64,000 bases of DNA from Candidatus Omnitrophota bacterium (GTDB lineage: Bacteria > Omnitrophota > Gorgyraeia > Gygaellales > Profunditerraquicolaceae). Shown in pieces: positions 48,797 through 57,801 of the stretch. Each line of letters opens with the position of its first letter. Position 1 is the stretch's first letter. Under the pieces are notes generated by a model. The model worked only from the letters and a program-made list of their open reading frames with translations, ran no database searches and had not been told where the DNA came from. A program made the position numbers and the translations under genes. The stretch spans positions 905-64,904 of the forward strand of contig JAUSED010000012.1 of NCBI GenBank assembly GCA_030650425.1, given 5' to 3'.

Positions 48797-49263
48797 GCCT
48801 AGGTTATGACCTTCACCGTTTGGTAGGCGAACGTAAATTAATTATCGGCGGAGTAGAGATACCTTATATAAAAGGTTTATTTGGCTACTCTGACGCCGAT
48901 GTTCTAATTCACGCGATCTGCGACGCACTGCTGGGCGCGATTTCCGCGGGAGACATAGGAGAACTTTTCCCCGATACTGATCCTAGATATCAGGGCATCT
49001 CAAGTGCCGAATTGTTAAAGATAATCTTAGGGTTAGTGGGTAAAAAGGGGTATGAAATTGTTAACCTTGATACTATTATCATCGCCGAAGAGCCAAAGAT
49101 GTCTCCATTTAAGAGCAGAATTCAGGAAAACTTAAGTAAAATTATGAATATAAATAAAGATCGTGTAAGTATCAAGGCTAAGACTAACGAAGGCTTGGGT
49201 GAAATAGGCAGAAAAGAAGGGATTGCCTGTTTTGCTACGGTTTTAATTAAGAAGGAGAGTTAA
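48781..49263 (+). CDS. ispF: MECDP synthase
   Basis: G.GYD.H, SDADV..HA..DALLGA, DIG..FPD, KAKT.EGLG. Confidence 0.96.
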   Translation: METRVGLGYDLHRLVGERKLIIGGVEIPYIKGLFGYSDADVLIHAICDALLGAISAGDIGELFPDTDPRYQGISSAELLKIILGLVGKKGYEIVNLDTIIIAEEPKMSPFKSRIQENLSKIMNINKDRVSIKAKTNEGLGEIGRKEGIACFATVLIKKES

Positions 49264-49265
49264 TT

Positions 49266-49946
49266 ATGACTTGCCTAGTACAGGTATTATTATTGATTTT
49301 AGGGTTAATCATCATTAAGAATATCCTTGTCGCCGTGATCTTTTATCAAGAGATCAAAACAGCTCAGGAGAGGGATCCCGCGGCGAAGAGTTTTATCGAA
49401 GTTTTATTTTTGTATCAGGGCTTGCACGCTCTTGTAGCTTACCGGTTAGCAAATTTTTTCTACCGGGCAAGGTTTTTTTTCTTAGCCCGGTTTATCTCGC
49501 AAATGGCGCGCTGGGCAACCGGGATTGAAATCCATCCGGGAGCTCGAATCGGTAAAAGCCTGTTTATCGATCATGGAATGGGAGTGGTAATTGGCGAGAC
49601 CGCGATTATCGGCGATAATGTGCTTTTATATCAGGGCGTTACTTTGGGAGGAACAGGCCTTGAAAAGGGGAAGCGGCATCCGACGATCGGAAATAATGTA
49701 GTGATTGGTGGAGGCGCCAAGGTCTTAGGGAATATCACCATAGGGGATAATGCTTATATCGGGGCTAATGCCGTAGTGATTAAAGATGTCCCGGCTAATT
49801 CAACGGTGGTGGGTGTCCCGGGAAGGATCACTAAACAGGACGGAAAGAAGATTGACATAAGTCTTGATCATATACATGTGCTTGATCCATTAATGCAGTC
49901 GATAGAAGAGTTAGAGAAGAGGATCCAGAAGTTAGAAAATAAATAA
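49266..49946 (+). CDS. cysE: Serine O-acetyltransferase
   Basis: [30 protein letters not shown]. Confidence 0.96.
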   Translation: MTCLVQVLLLILGLIIIKNILVAVIFYQEIKTAQERDPAAKSFIEVLFLYQGLHALVAYRLANFFYRARFFFLARFISQMARWATGIEIHPGARIGKSLFIDHGMGVVIGETAIIGDNVLLYQGVTLGGTGLEKGKRHPTIGNNVVIGGGAKVLGNITIGDNAYIGANAVVIKDVPANSTVVGVPGRITKQDGKKIDISLDHIHVLDPLMQSIEELEKRIQKLENK

Positions 49947-51395
49947 ATGCCCATCCATATATACAACTCCCTGTCCCGTAAGAAAGAAGAATTTCATTCT
50001 TTAAAGCCTAACGAGATTAAGATCTATACTTGCGGCCCTACGGTTTATGACGAGCCGCACATAGGACACGCCCGCAGCGCCTATATTTTCGATGTGATCA
50101 GGCGCTATCTTGCTTACCAAGGATATAAAGTAAAATTTGTGCGTAATGTAACGGATGTGGATGATAAAATAATCGATAGGGCCAAGAAGGAATTTCCCGG
50201 AGAGGATTTAAACGCGGCTTTTAAAAAAGTATCCGAAAAATACCTTACCTCTTATCATGAGGCGCTAAAGAGCTTAAATATAGGAGTTGATCAGGAAAAA
50301 ATATTTGAACCTAAGGCAAGCGAGTATATTCCTAAAATGGTTAAGTTTATCCAAGGCCTGATTGATAAAGGAGCGGCTTATCTTTCAGCAGGGGATGTTT
50401 ATTTTGATATCACCAAAGCCAAAAGCTACGGGAAATTATCCAATCAGTCTTTGGAAAAGATGGAATCCGGAACTCGGGTAGCTCCGAATAAAAATAAGCG
50501 CAACCCCTTGGATTTCGCGCTTTGGAAGTCTGCTAAAGCAGATGAACCTTCGTGGGATAGCCCGTGGAGCGCGGGGAGGCCCGGCTGGCATATCGAATGT
50601 TCCGTAATGAGCTCGGATATTTTAGGCAATGAATTCGATATCCACGGTGGAGGGATTGATTTAATCTTTCCACACCATGAAAATGAGATCGCCCAATCCG
50701 AAGCCTCCGGAGAAAAATTCGCCAGATACTGGATCCACCACGGCCTGCTCACCATCAACGGCCAAAAAATGGCTAAGTCGCTGGGGAATTTTGTTACGGT
50801 GAATAGTTTTCTGGAGAAATATAAAAACGCCGACTTATTAAAGCTATTATTTTTATCCACGCGTTATGCGCATCCGGTGGATTATACCGATGAGAAGATT
50901 CAAGAAGCCAAGCAGGCACTAGAGAGGATTTTAATTCTAGTGAATAAAATAGATGTAGTCTCCAAGTCTCAAAGTCTCAAAGTCTCAAGCAAAAGCGTTA
51001 AACAAATTGAGGAGATTAAAAATAAGTTCATTGCGGCGATGGACGACGATTTTAATACGCCGCAAGCTTTGGCTAGTATATTTGATTTAGTAAGTTTGGC
51101 GAATAAACATATTGGCGATATAGATTTTATTCATAGAGCAAAAGATACCTTAAGAGAGCTTTTGGATATCTTTGGAATCTCTTTAAAATCTACTAAATCA
51201 GTTACTATTACCTCTGATTCTTATATAGTTTCTGCGATTACTGATAAAGAGATTGAGCAGAAAATTATGGAAAGAAATAAAGCGCGAGACAATAAAGATT
51301 ATTTACTCTCTGATACTATACGAAAAGAATTAGAAGAAAAAGGTATTATTTTAGAAGATACCAAAGAAGGTACGACTTGGCGTAGGAAAATTTAG
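49947..51395 (+). CDS. cysS: Cysteine--tRNA ligase
   Basis: CGPTVY, HIGH, GRPGWHIEC, FPHHENE, KMAKS. Confidence 0.97.
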   Translation: MPIHIYNSLSRKKEEFHSLKPNEIKIYTCGPTVYDEPHIGHARSAYIFDVIRRYLAYQGYKVKFVRNVTDVDDKIIDRAKKEFPGEDLNAAFKKVSEKYLTSYHEALKSLNIGVDQEKIFEPKASEYIPKMVKFIQGLIDKGAAYLSAGDVYFDITKAKSYGKLSNQSLEKMESGTRVAPNKNKRNPLDFALWKSAKADEPSWDSPWSAGRPGWHIECSVMSSDILGNEFDIHGGGIDLIFPHHENEIAQSEASGEKFARYWIHHGLLTINGQKMAKSLGNFVTVNSFLEKYKNADLLKLLFLSTRYAHPVDYTDEKIQEAKQALERILILVNKIDVVSKSQSLKVSSKSVKQIEEIKNKFIAAMDDDFNTPQALASIFDLVSLANKHIGDIDFIHRAKDTLRELLDIFGISLKSTKSVTITSDSYIVSAITDKEIEQKIMERNKARDNKDYLLSDTIRKELEEKGIILEDTKEGTTWRRKI

Positions 51396-51417
51396 ACGCC
51401 TACGTTATATTAATTGA

Positions 51418-51628
51418 TATTTTGCTCTCAGGGTATTGTTCGCGCGCTGAAAATTTTCGCCGTGTGCTGCGGTTTACGACTCACTCCCGGACAGACTTAC
51501 GCTTTTAAGCAGGTCCTCCGTTCGTCGTAAATCCCTGCCTGCCTGCCGGCAGGCAGGTTTGCACACTATCTAGGATAGAGGTGCCGAAAATTTTCTAATG
51601 CGCGCTCACAACACCCTTCGGCAAAATA
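51418..51628. other. About 210-bp imperfect rod-like inverted repeat with nested palindromes (MITE-like or ncRNA)
   Basis: Six nested complementary blocks; includes CCTGCCTGCCGGCAGGCAGG at 51538-51557. Confidence 0.7.
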
Positions 51629-51702
51629 GCTAGAGCCAAAATCGAAATTCGCTCGAAAATTACCAAGGTTCATTTGAATGTTGAGATTACTTACCAGATA
51701 GT

Positions 51703-52224
51703 ATGAATCTAAAAAACAGTATAGATAGGGCAATTACATTAATACATACTCCGGCTGATTATGAGGAGTATGTCGTTATAAAGGTGAATCCAGTGGGAGA
51801 GTCTTGCTGTTGTTTTCATCATTGGCCACAGACTTGGAAAATCGTAAACGAATATATCCATCCTTGTGGACCCCTACAAGACGAAGGCGATGTATTAATA
51901 AATACTAACAAAGGAGAATTCGTTTTAGAATGCCATGAAAGTGGCCCAGAGATTGTTATTTATTTAGCTAAGGCGACAGTAGATTTAATAAAATCTATTG
52001 TTGATTTAATTATTACCTTGTTGAAAGCTAGAGAATTAGAAAAGAATAATCGCAGCGGTTTGTTGAAGTACAAAATAACAAGAAACTATCAAATTAAAGA
52101 TAAATCTATAGAAGAAGAAGTTATTGAATTAGAATTACCTCTTTCCGATAGTGTTATTAAGGAATTGAATGAACATATTCAAGTAACCATCAAAAAGAGA
52201 ATAATTAGTAAGGCTAAAGCTTAA
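51703..52224 (+). CDS. AT-rich hypothetical protein
   Basis: 173-aa ORF with CCCFHHWP and HESGPE motifs; family not recognised. Confidence 0.7.
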   Translation: MNLKNSIDRAITLIHTPADYEEYVVIKVNPVGESCCCFHHWPQTWKIVNEYIHPCGPLQDEGDVLINTNKGEFVLECHESGPEIVIYLAKATVDLIKSIVDLIITLLKARELEKNNRSGLLKYKITRNYQIKDKSIEEEVIELELPLSDSVIKELNEHIQVTIKKRIISKAKA

Positions 52225-52292
52225 TTTTAGCGAATGGCTTACTTGAGTTATCAGGGGGTGACACGGCGAAAGGAGTATTAAAAATTATAAAC

Positions 52293-52321
52293 TTGACAAT
52301 ACAACTATTTAGTTGTATACT
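52293..52321 (+). promoter_or_regulatory. TA promoter with overlapping operator palindrome
   Basis: TTGACA-17-TATACT; ATACAACTA-TT-TAGTTGTAT perfect IR at 52299-52318. Confidence 0.85.
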
Positions 52322-52325
52322 CTAG

Positions 52326-52691
52326 ATGAAGGAAAAGGATAGCGTGGCTGTCAGTTGTTTTTATTACGTAACCGAATCCGGAAAGTCGCCGGTAAGGGAT
52401 TTCATTGATTCGCTGGATTCAGGAAGCCAGAGAAAATTCTTCTTTGCGCAGAATCTTTTGGAAGAATTCGGCCGTAAACTGCCGCAGCCTCATGCCAAAT
52501 ACATTGGCGATGATATATTTGAGCTAAGATTTAAGGGGCAGGAAGGCCAAATCAGGATTTTATACTTCTTTTTCCTCCACGAAAAGTTAATCTTTACTAA
52601 CGGTTTTGTTAAAAAGAGCGCTAAGACGCCATTAAAGGAACGGGCACTTGCAATTGAAAGAAGAAGATTATTCTTAGAAAGACAAAAGTAA
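52326..52691 (+). CDS. RelE/HigB-like (Gp49) toxin
   Basis: G.SPV.DFI.SL, L..PH.K.I...IFELR, RILYFF, NGFVKK..KTP. Confidence 0.9.
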   Translation: MKEKDSVAVSCFYYVTESGKSPVRDFIDSLDSGSQRKFFFAQNLLEEFGRKLPQPHAKYIGDDIFELRFKGQEGQIRILYFFFLHEKLIFTNGFVKKSAKTPLKERALAIERRRLFLERQK

Positions 52692-52711
52692 GAAGGAAGG
52701 GAAGGTGCGCT

Positions 52712-53056
52712 ATGAATATGGAAAGAGTTGACGAACACTTAAAAGAAAAATTAAAGGATCCGTATTTCAAAGAGCTCTATGAGCTTGAGGAGCAAAAGCT
52801 CGACATTGTGAAGCGGATTATCGATTACAGGATAAAAAGCAAGCTTACTCAAGGCCAATTAGCCAAAAAAGCGGGAGTTACGCAGCAGCATATCTCTAAA
52901 ATTGAAAACGGAGATTTTAGGAGTATCGTGACTTTGGAAAAAATCCTGCTATTTATTGGCTATACGGTGAAAATTCAAGCCGTTCCTCTAAGCCATAGGG
53001 TTAAGAATGGTATTGAACGTTTTGTGAGGAATAAACACAGGCTACAATTCGCTTAA
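52712..53056 (+). CDS. XRE-HTH antitoxin (HigA-like)
   Basis: LTQGQLAKKAGVTQQHISKIENG; downstream of toxin. Confidence 0.9.
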   Translation: MNMERVDEHLKEKLKDPYFKELYELEEQKLDIVKRIIDYRIKSKLTQGQLAKKAGVTQQHISKIENGDFRSIVTLEKILLFIGYTVKIQAVPLSHRVKNGIERFVRNKHRLQFA

Positions 53057-53062
53057 TTTATC

Positions 53063-53677
53063 ATGAAAGGCAAATTTATTACATTTGAAGGTTCAGAAGG
53101 CTGCGGTAAGAGTACGCAATCGCGCTTGCTCTACGAATATCTTCAAGTCAAAGGCAAGCAGGTAATCTATTTGCGCGAGCCGGGCGCGACTAAAATAAGC
53201 GAAAAGATCCGCGATATTTTGCTCGACGCCAAAAATCAGGCTATCGTTCCGGAAGCTGAGATGCTCCTTTATATGGCGGCCCGCGCTCAAATTGTCGGAG
53301 AAGTCATTAAGCCCGCGCTTAAAAAAGGAATAATTGTCATCTGCGACAGGTTTCTGGATTCCACGCTTGCTTACCAAGGTTATGGCTTAGGGATGGATAT
53401 TGATTTAATCAGAAGAATAGGTAAGTTTACTACCGCTGGTATTGCTCCGGATTTAACTTTGTTTTTGGATTTAGCAGTTGAACATGGGCTCAAGCACCGG
53501 CAAGCCAGTCTTGATCGCATTGAAATGCGCTCAGTTAATTATCATTTACGCGTTCGCAAAGGTTATCTCGCGTTAGCTAAACAGGAACCGAAAAGGATTA
53601 AAGTTGTGAAGGTCGAGCAAGATAAATTCAAAACCCAAGCCAAGATAAGGGAACTGGTAGAAAAATATGTCTTTTAG
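53063..53677 (+). CDS. tmk: Thymidylate kinase
   Basis: FITFEG.EG.GKSTQ, REPG, DRF.DST.AYQG. Confidence 0.97.
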   Translation: MKGKFITFEGSEGCGKSTQSRLLYEYLQVKGKQVIYLREPGATKISEKIRDILLDAKNQAIVPEAEMLLYMAARAQIVGEVIKPALKKGIIVICDRFLDSTLAYQGYGLGMDIDLIRRIGKFTTAGIAPDLTLFLDLAVEHGLKHRQASLDRIEMRSVNYHLRVRKGYLALAKQEPKRIKVVKVEQDKFKTQAKIRELVEKYVF

Positions 53678-54626
53678 CGCGATTAAAGGTCAGAATAAAC
53701 CCCTAGAGATCCTCAAGGCTTATATCGATAATGCACGGCTGGAAGGCGGGTATCTCTTCACCGGCGCCGAAGGTATTGGTAAGAAGATGACTGCTCTGGC
53801 TTTGGCTAAGAGGCTTAATTGTTTAGAGGGTAAACTAGATAGCTGCGGCCATTGTGCTTCATGTCTAAAAATAGACAATAACCAGCATCCGGATGTGCAT
53901 ATGATTTTAGATGAGGAGCCGCAAATAAAAATAGAAGTAATCCGACAGCTGCAAAAAGAGATAAACCTGAAGGCCTACGAAGGAGAATTTAAGGTTTTTA
54001 TCATTGATAATGCCCATACCCTGACTGCCGAGGCATCTAATTCTTTACTAAAGATTTTGGAGGAACCTCCTAAAAAGAGCCTGATTATCTTGATCACAGA
54101 TAAGCCTAATCTGCTTTTTAAGACGGTCATCTCGCGCTGTAAGATTTTAAAATTTCTTGCGCTTAAAAGAGAAACGCTGGAAGAAATACTCAAAAAAGAT
54201 TATTCATTAGATACGGGTTACGCGCATTTTTTAGCCTATTTTTCCGAAGGGAGGCTTGGCCGGGCATTAAAGTTAAAGGACGAAGATATTATCACCAAAA
54301 AAAATATGCTGATCGATAAATTGATCCTTTCATCTCAGCCTAACCTGGAAAGCCTGGCGCAGGGCGCCCGGGCGGATATCCGTAATTCTTTAAACTTATT
54401 AGTTACATGGTTTCGGGATATATATTTATTAAAAACAGGCGTAGCGGAAGAAGAAGTGATCAATTCGGACCGAAAGGTTGATTTGGCGCGTTCGCTTTCC
54501 CGGTTTTCATTTTTAGATTTGGATTCAATTTTGGGGAATATTACTAGCGCGATAGCTTATTTAGACCAGAACGTCAACACGCGATTGATACTCTATAATT
54601 TGAGGATGGAGATATGGAAGGCTTAA
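53667..54626 (+). CDS. holB: DNA polymerase III delta' subunit
   Basis: CGHCASC...HPD, NSLLK.LEEPP, T.ISRC. Confidence 0.95.
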   Translation: MSFSAIKGQNKPLEILKAYIDNARLEGGYLFTGAEGIGKKMTALALAKRLNCLEGKLDSCGHCASCLKIDNNQHPDVHMILDEEPQIKIEVIRQLQKEINLKAYEGEFKVFIIDNAHTLTAEASNSLLKILEEPPKKSLIILITDKPNLLFKTVISRCKILKFLALKRETLEEILKKDYSLDTGYAHFLAYFSEGRLGRALKLKDEDIITKKNMLIDKLILSSQPNLESLAQGARADIRNSLNLLVTWFRDIYLLKTGVAEEEVINSDRKVDLARSLSRFSFLDLDSILGNITSAIAYLDQNVNTRLILYNLRMEIWKA

Positions 54627-55435
54627 TTTATGTGCGTTTAAGGGATTCAGGCCAGATTTATGCTTATAATGCCGCGGGTTTTAGCGTCAAAGAAGGGGAT
54701 TATGTGATTATTGAACATGACCGCGGACAGGACTATGGTTTGGTGGTCCCAACTGAACCTAAATCTTGCTGCGGTGAACGCCAGTGCGCTAACCCCGCAG
54801 AAAAAGAGCCTCCCAAGAAGATATTGCGTATAGCCAGAGAAGCGGATATCAAACAGATCACGGATAATCGTTTAAAGGCAAAAGAGGTTTTCAGTTCCTG
54901 TATTAAAAAAATCGAAGAGCATAGGCTGGATATGAAACTTGTGCAGGCGGAATATTCATTTGACCGTTCAAAGATCGTATTTTATTTTACGGCTAACGGC
55001 AGGGTGGATTTCAGGAATTTGGTAAAAGACCTGGCTAGGATTTTTAAGGCCAGGATCGAACTGCGTCAGATCGGCGTGCGCGACGAAGCCCGGCTCTTCG
55101 GCGGGTTTGGCTCATGCGGCAGGGAGCTTTGCTGCGCCAAGTTCTTAAAAGATTTTGAGCCGGTAACGATTAAAATGGCTAAAGAAGAAGGGTTGCCTTT
55201 AAATCCGCCTAAGATCTCCGGGATTTGCGGAAGGCTGATGTGCTGTCTTTCTTTTGAATACGAAAGCTATAAATTGCTTTCTAAAGGCCTTCCCCGCGAA
55301 GGGGAGCACGTCAATACCCCTCGAGGGAAAGGTAAAGTGATGAGTATTAATGTATTTAGCCGCAGCGCCTCAGTTCAGCTTGAAGACGGCACGTGGATAA
55401 CCGTAAGCTATAAAGAAAAGGAACATGGTAAATAA
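54614..55435 (+). CDS. ricT: PSP1/RicT (YaaT) family protein
   Basis: RVDFR.LVKDL, RIELRQIG.RDE, CGRELCC, SG.CGRLMCC. Confidence 0.92.
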   Translation: MEGLIYVRLRDSGQIYAYNAAGFSVKEGDYVIIEHDRGQDYGLVVPTEPKSCCGERQCANPAEKEPPKKILRIAREADIKQITDNRLKAKEVFSSCIKKIEEHRLDMKLVQAEYSFDRSKIVFYFTANGRVDFRNLVKDLARIFKARIELRQIGVRDEARLFGGFGSCGRELCCAKFLKDFEPVTIKMAKEEGLPLNPPKISGICGRLMCCLSFEYESYKLLSKGLPREGEHVNTPRGKGKVMSINVFSRSASVQLEDGTWITVSYKEKEHGK

Positions 55436-56966
55436 ATTTTATATCACCACCCCGATTTATTATGTAAATGCCTCGCCGCATATCGGGCATTCTTATACCA
55501 ATATCGCAGCGGATACATTAGCCCGCTATTATCGTCAACGTAAGGATTTCGGGAAAGATAATGTTTGGTTCTTGACCGGTACTGACGAGCACGGCCAGAA
55601 GATAAAAAAGGCGGCAGATGAAGCAAAATTAAACTCTCAGGAATTTGTGGACAAGGTGGTGGAGACATTTAAAGATCTCTGGAAGACGCTAGAAATTTCC
55701 AACAATGATTTTATCCGCACCACCGAAGAAAGGCACATCAAAACAGTCCAAAGGGCCTTGGAGATAGTTTATAACAAAGGCGATATCTATGAAGGTAAAT
55801 ATGAAGGGTGGTATTGCACGCCTTGCGAAACCTTCTGGCCGCAGACTCAGGTCGTAGATAATCTTTGCCCGGATTGTAAAAGGCCTCTAGGAAAGATAAG
55901 TGAGAGCAATTATTTCTTCAAGTTATCAAAATACCAGCAGTGGTTGATTGATTATATCAAGGATACAGCTAATCATCCTGAGCGCATTAATTTCATCGCG
56001 CCTCTTACCCGAAGGAATGAAGTCTTAGGGTTTTTAGAAAACAATAAATTAGAGGATCTCTGTATCTCTCGTCCTAAGGAGCGGCTTAGCTGGGGGATTC
56101 CCTTACCTTTTAGCGGGAAACATGTTGTGTATGTCTGGTTTGATGCCTTGATAAATTATATCAGCGCGGTAGGGGAGTTTGACGGTAATGGAGTTTACCA
56201 TTCCAAGTGGTGGCAGCCGGATGTAAAAGTTGCGCATCTGGTCGGAAAAGATATTCTTAGGCATCATGCGGTTTACTGGCCGATTATGTTGGAGGCTTTA
56301 GGTATAAGGCAGCCGGATACAATCTTTGCTCATGGCTGGTGGATGATTGATCAGAATAAGATGTCTAAGTCACGCGGGAACGCGGTTAGTCCCTTAGATT
56401 TAGTCAAACAATACGGAGTGGATACCTACAGGTATTTCTTATTACGCGATGTGCCTTTTGGCTTAGACGGTAATTTCTCCGAGGAGGCAATTGTTAAAAG
56501 ATTTAATGCGGACCTAGCCAATGACTTAGGAAATCTTTTGTATCGGACGCTTACGATGATCGAGAAATATTATCAGGGGAATATACCTGACCTGGAATTA
56601 GATAAGATTAAATTTAACGAGGCTGGCGAGAAGATTAAGAAGGCAATAAGTACGTTAGAACAGGCAGCTTATGGTCCTATAGCTATTAATTTCGATTTCA
56701 GCCTTTCCTTAGGGAAAATCTGGGAATTGATCAATCTGGCCAACAAATACGTGGAAGAGACTAAGCCCTGGAATTTAGCCAAAGAAAATAAGACAGAAGA
56801 ACTTAAATCTTTTATCCGTTTATTAGTGGAAGCGCTTAGAGTGACCGCTCGAAATATTTATCCTTTTATGCCGCTAACTTCAGAATCAATCATCCAGCAG
56901 ATCGGCGAAGAGAAAATTAAAAAAGGAAATCCTTTATTTCCCCGTATTGAGACCAAAGAGAAATAA
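55425..56966 (+). CDS. metG: Methionine--tRNA ligase (short form)
   Basis: TTPIYYVN..PHIGH, TGTDEHG, YVWFDAL, KMSKS. Confidence 0.97.
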   Translation: MVNKFYITTPIYYVNASPHIGHSYTNIAADTLARYYRQRKDFGKDNVWFLTGTDEHGQKIKKAADEAKLNSQEFVDKVVETFKDLWKTLEISNNDFIRTTEERHIKTVQRALEIVYNKGDIYEGKYEGWYCTPCETFWPQTQVVDNLCPDCKRPLGKISESNYFFKLSKYQQWLIDYIKDTANHPERINFIAPLTRRNEVLGFLENNKLEDLCISRPKERLSWGIPLPFSGKHVVYVWFDALINYISAVGEFDGNGVYHSKWWQPDVKVAHLVGKDILRHHAVYWPIMLEALGIRQPDTIFAHGWWMIDQNKMSKSRGNAVSPLDLVKQYGVDTYRYFLLRDVPFGLDGNFSEEAIVKRFNADLANDLGNLLYRTLTMIEKYYQGNIPDLELDKIKFNEAGEKIKKAISTLEQAAYGPIAINFDFSLSLGKIWELINLANKYVEETKPWNLAKENKTEELKSFIRLLVEALRVTARNIYPFMPLTSESIIQQIGEEKIKKGNPLFPRIETKEK

Positions 56967-56970
56967 TCCT

Positions 56971-57801
56971 ATGTTAGTCGATACGCATTGTCATTTGGAT
57001 TTTCCGGAATTTGACGCTGATCGGGATGAAGTAATCAATCGGGCAAAAGAGCAGGGCGTAGGCTATATTATCAACATAGGTGCGAGTCTTGAGGGTTCTA
57101 AGAAATCCGTAGAATTATCCCAAAAATATGCATCTATCTATGCGACGGTGGGAATTCATCCTCATGAGGCGGATAGTTTTACTCCTGAAACAGAAAAAAG
57201 CATAAGGAATCTGGCAAAGGAAAAGAAAGTCGTCGCCATAGGCGAAATCGGCTTAGATTATTTTAAGCATTATTCCGAACCCCGAAATCAGCTCCCTGTA
57301 TTTACGCAGCTACTTAAGATTGCCAAAGATTTTAATCTTCCGGTGGTTATCCATACAAGAAACGCGCAGGTGGATACCTTGAAGGTTTTAAAAGAAGCAA
57401 TGCCGGTTAAAGCGGTGGTGCATTGTTTTTCCGGAGATAAAGTTTTTTTAAAAGTTTGCTTGGATTTAGGTTTTTTAGTTTCTTTTACTTGTAATATTAC
57501 GTATCCCGCCAAACTATCTAATAGCAGGCGGGATCCCGCCCTCGCTGAAATAGATTGGCGGGATAAAAAAGCCGAAGATTTAAGAGCGATCGTTAAGGCG
57601 GTTCCACTCGATAGATTGTTACTGGAGACTGATGCGCCATATTTGTCTCCGGAAGGCTTTCGCGGGAAGAGGAATGAGCCGGCTCAAGTCTGCCTTCTTG
57701 CTGAAACCGTGGCAAATCTTAAAGGTTTGAAATTAGAAGAGGTTTCCAAAGCCACAACAGAAAACGCTAGAGGTTTCTTTAATTTACCGGAGACTCAGTA
57801 A
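56971..57801 (+). CDS. tatD: TatD family DNase with 20-aa insertion
   Basis: DTHCH, GIHPH, GEIGLDY, HCFS, LETDAPYL, RNEP. Confidence 0.95.
   Translation: MLVDTHCHLDFPEFDADRDEVINRAKEQGVGYIINIGASLEGSKKSVELSQKYASIYATVGIHPHEADSFTPETEKSIRNLAKEKKVVAIGEIGLDYFKHYSEPRNQLPVFTQLLKIAKDFNLPVVIHTRNAQVDTLKVLKEAMPVKAVVHCFSGDKVFLKVCLDLGFLVSFTCNITYPAKLSNSRRDPALAEIDWRDKKAEDLRAIVKAVPLDRLLLETDAPYLSPEGFRGKRNEPAQVCLLAETVANLKGLKLEEVSKATTENARGFFNLPETQ
57503..57564. repeat. Palindromic miniature element inserted in-frame in tatD
   Basis: AT-CCCGCCAA...GGCGGGATCCCGCC...TTGGCGGG-AT; removing 60 nt restores ITYKKAEDLR. Confidence 0.85.

Noticed and set aside
51418-51628. 6S or SRP RNA
   Set aside because: Length fits 6S, but I cannot see the conserved central bubble or an SRP loop motif; nested mobile-type palindromes argue against it; left unassigned
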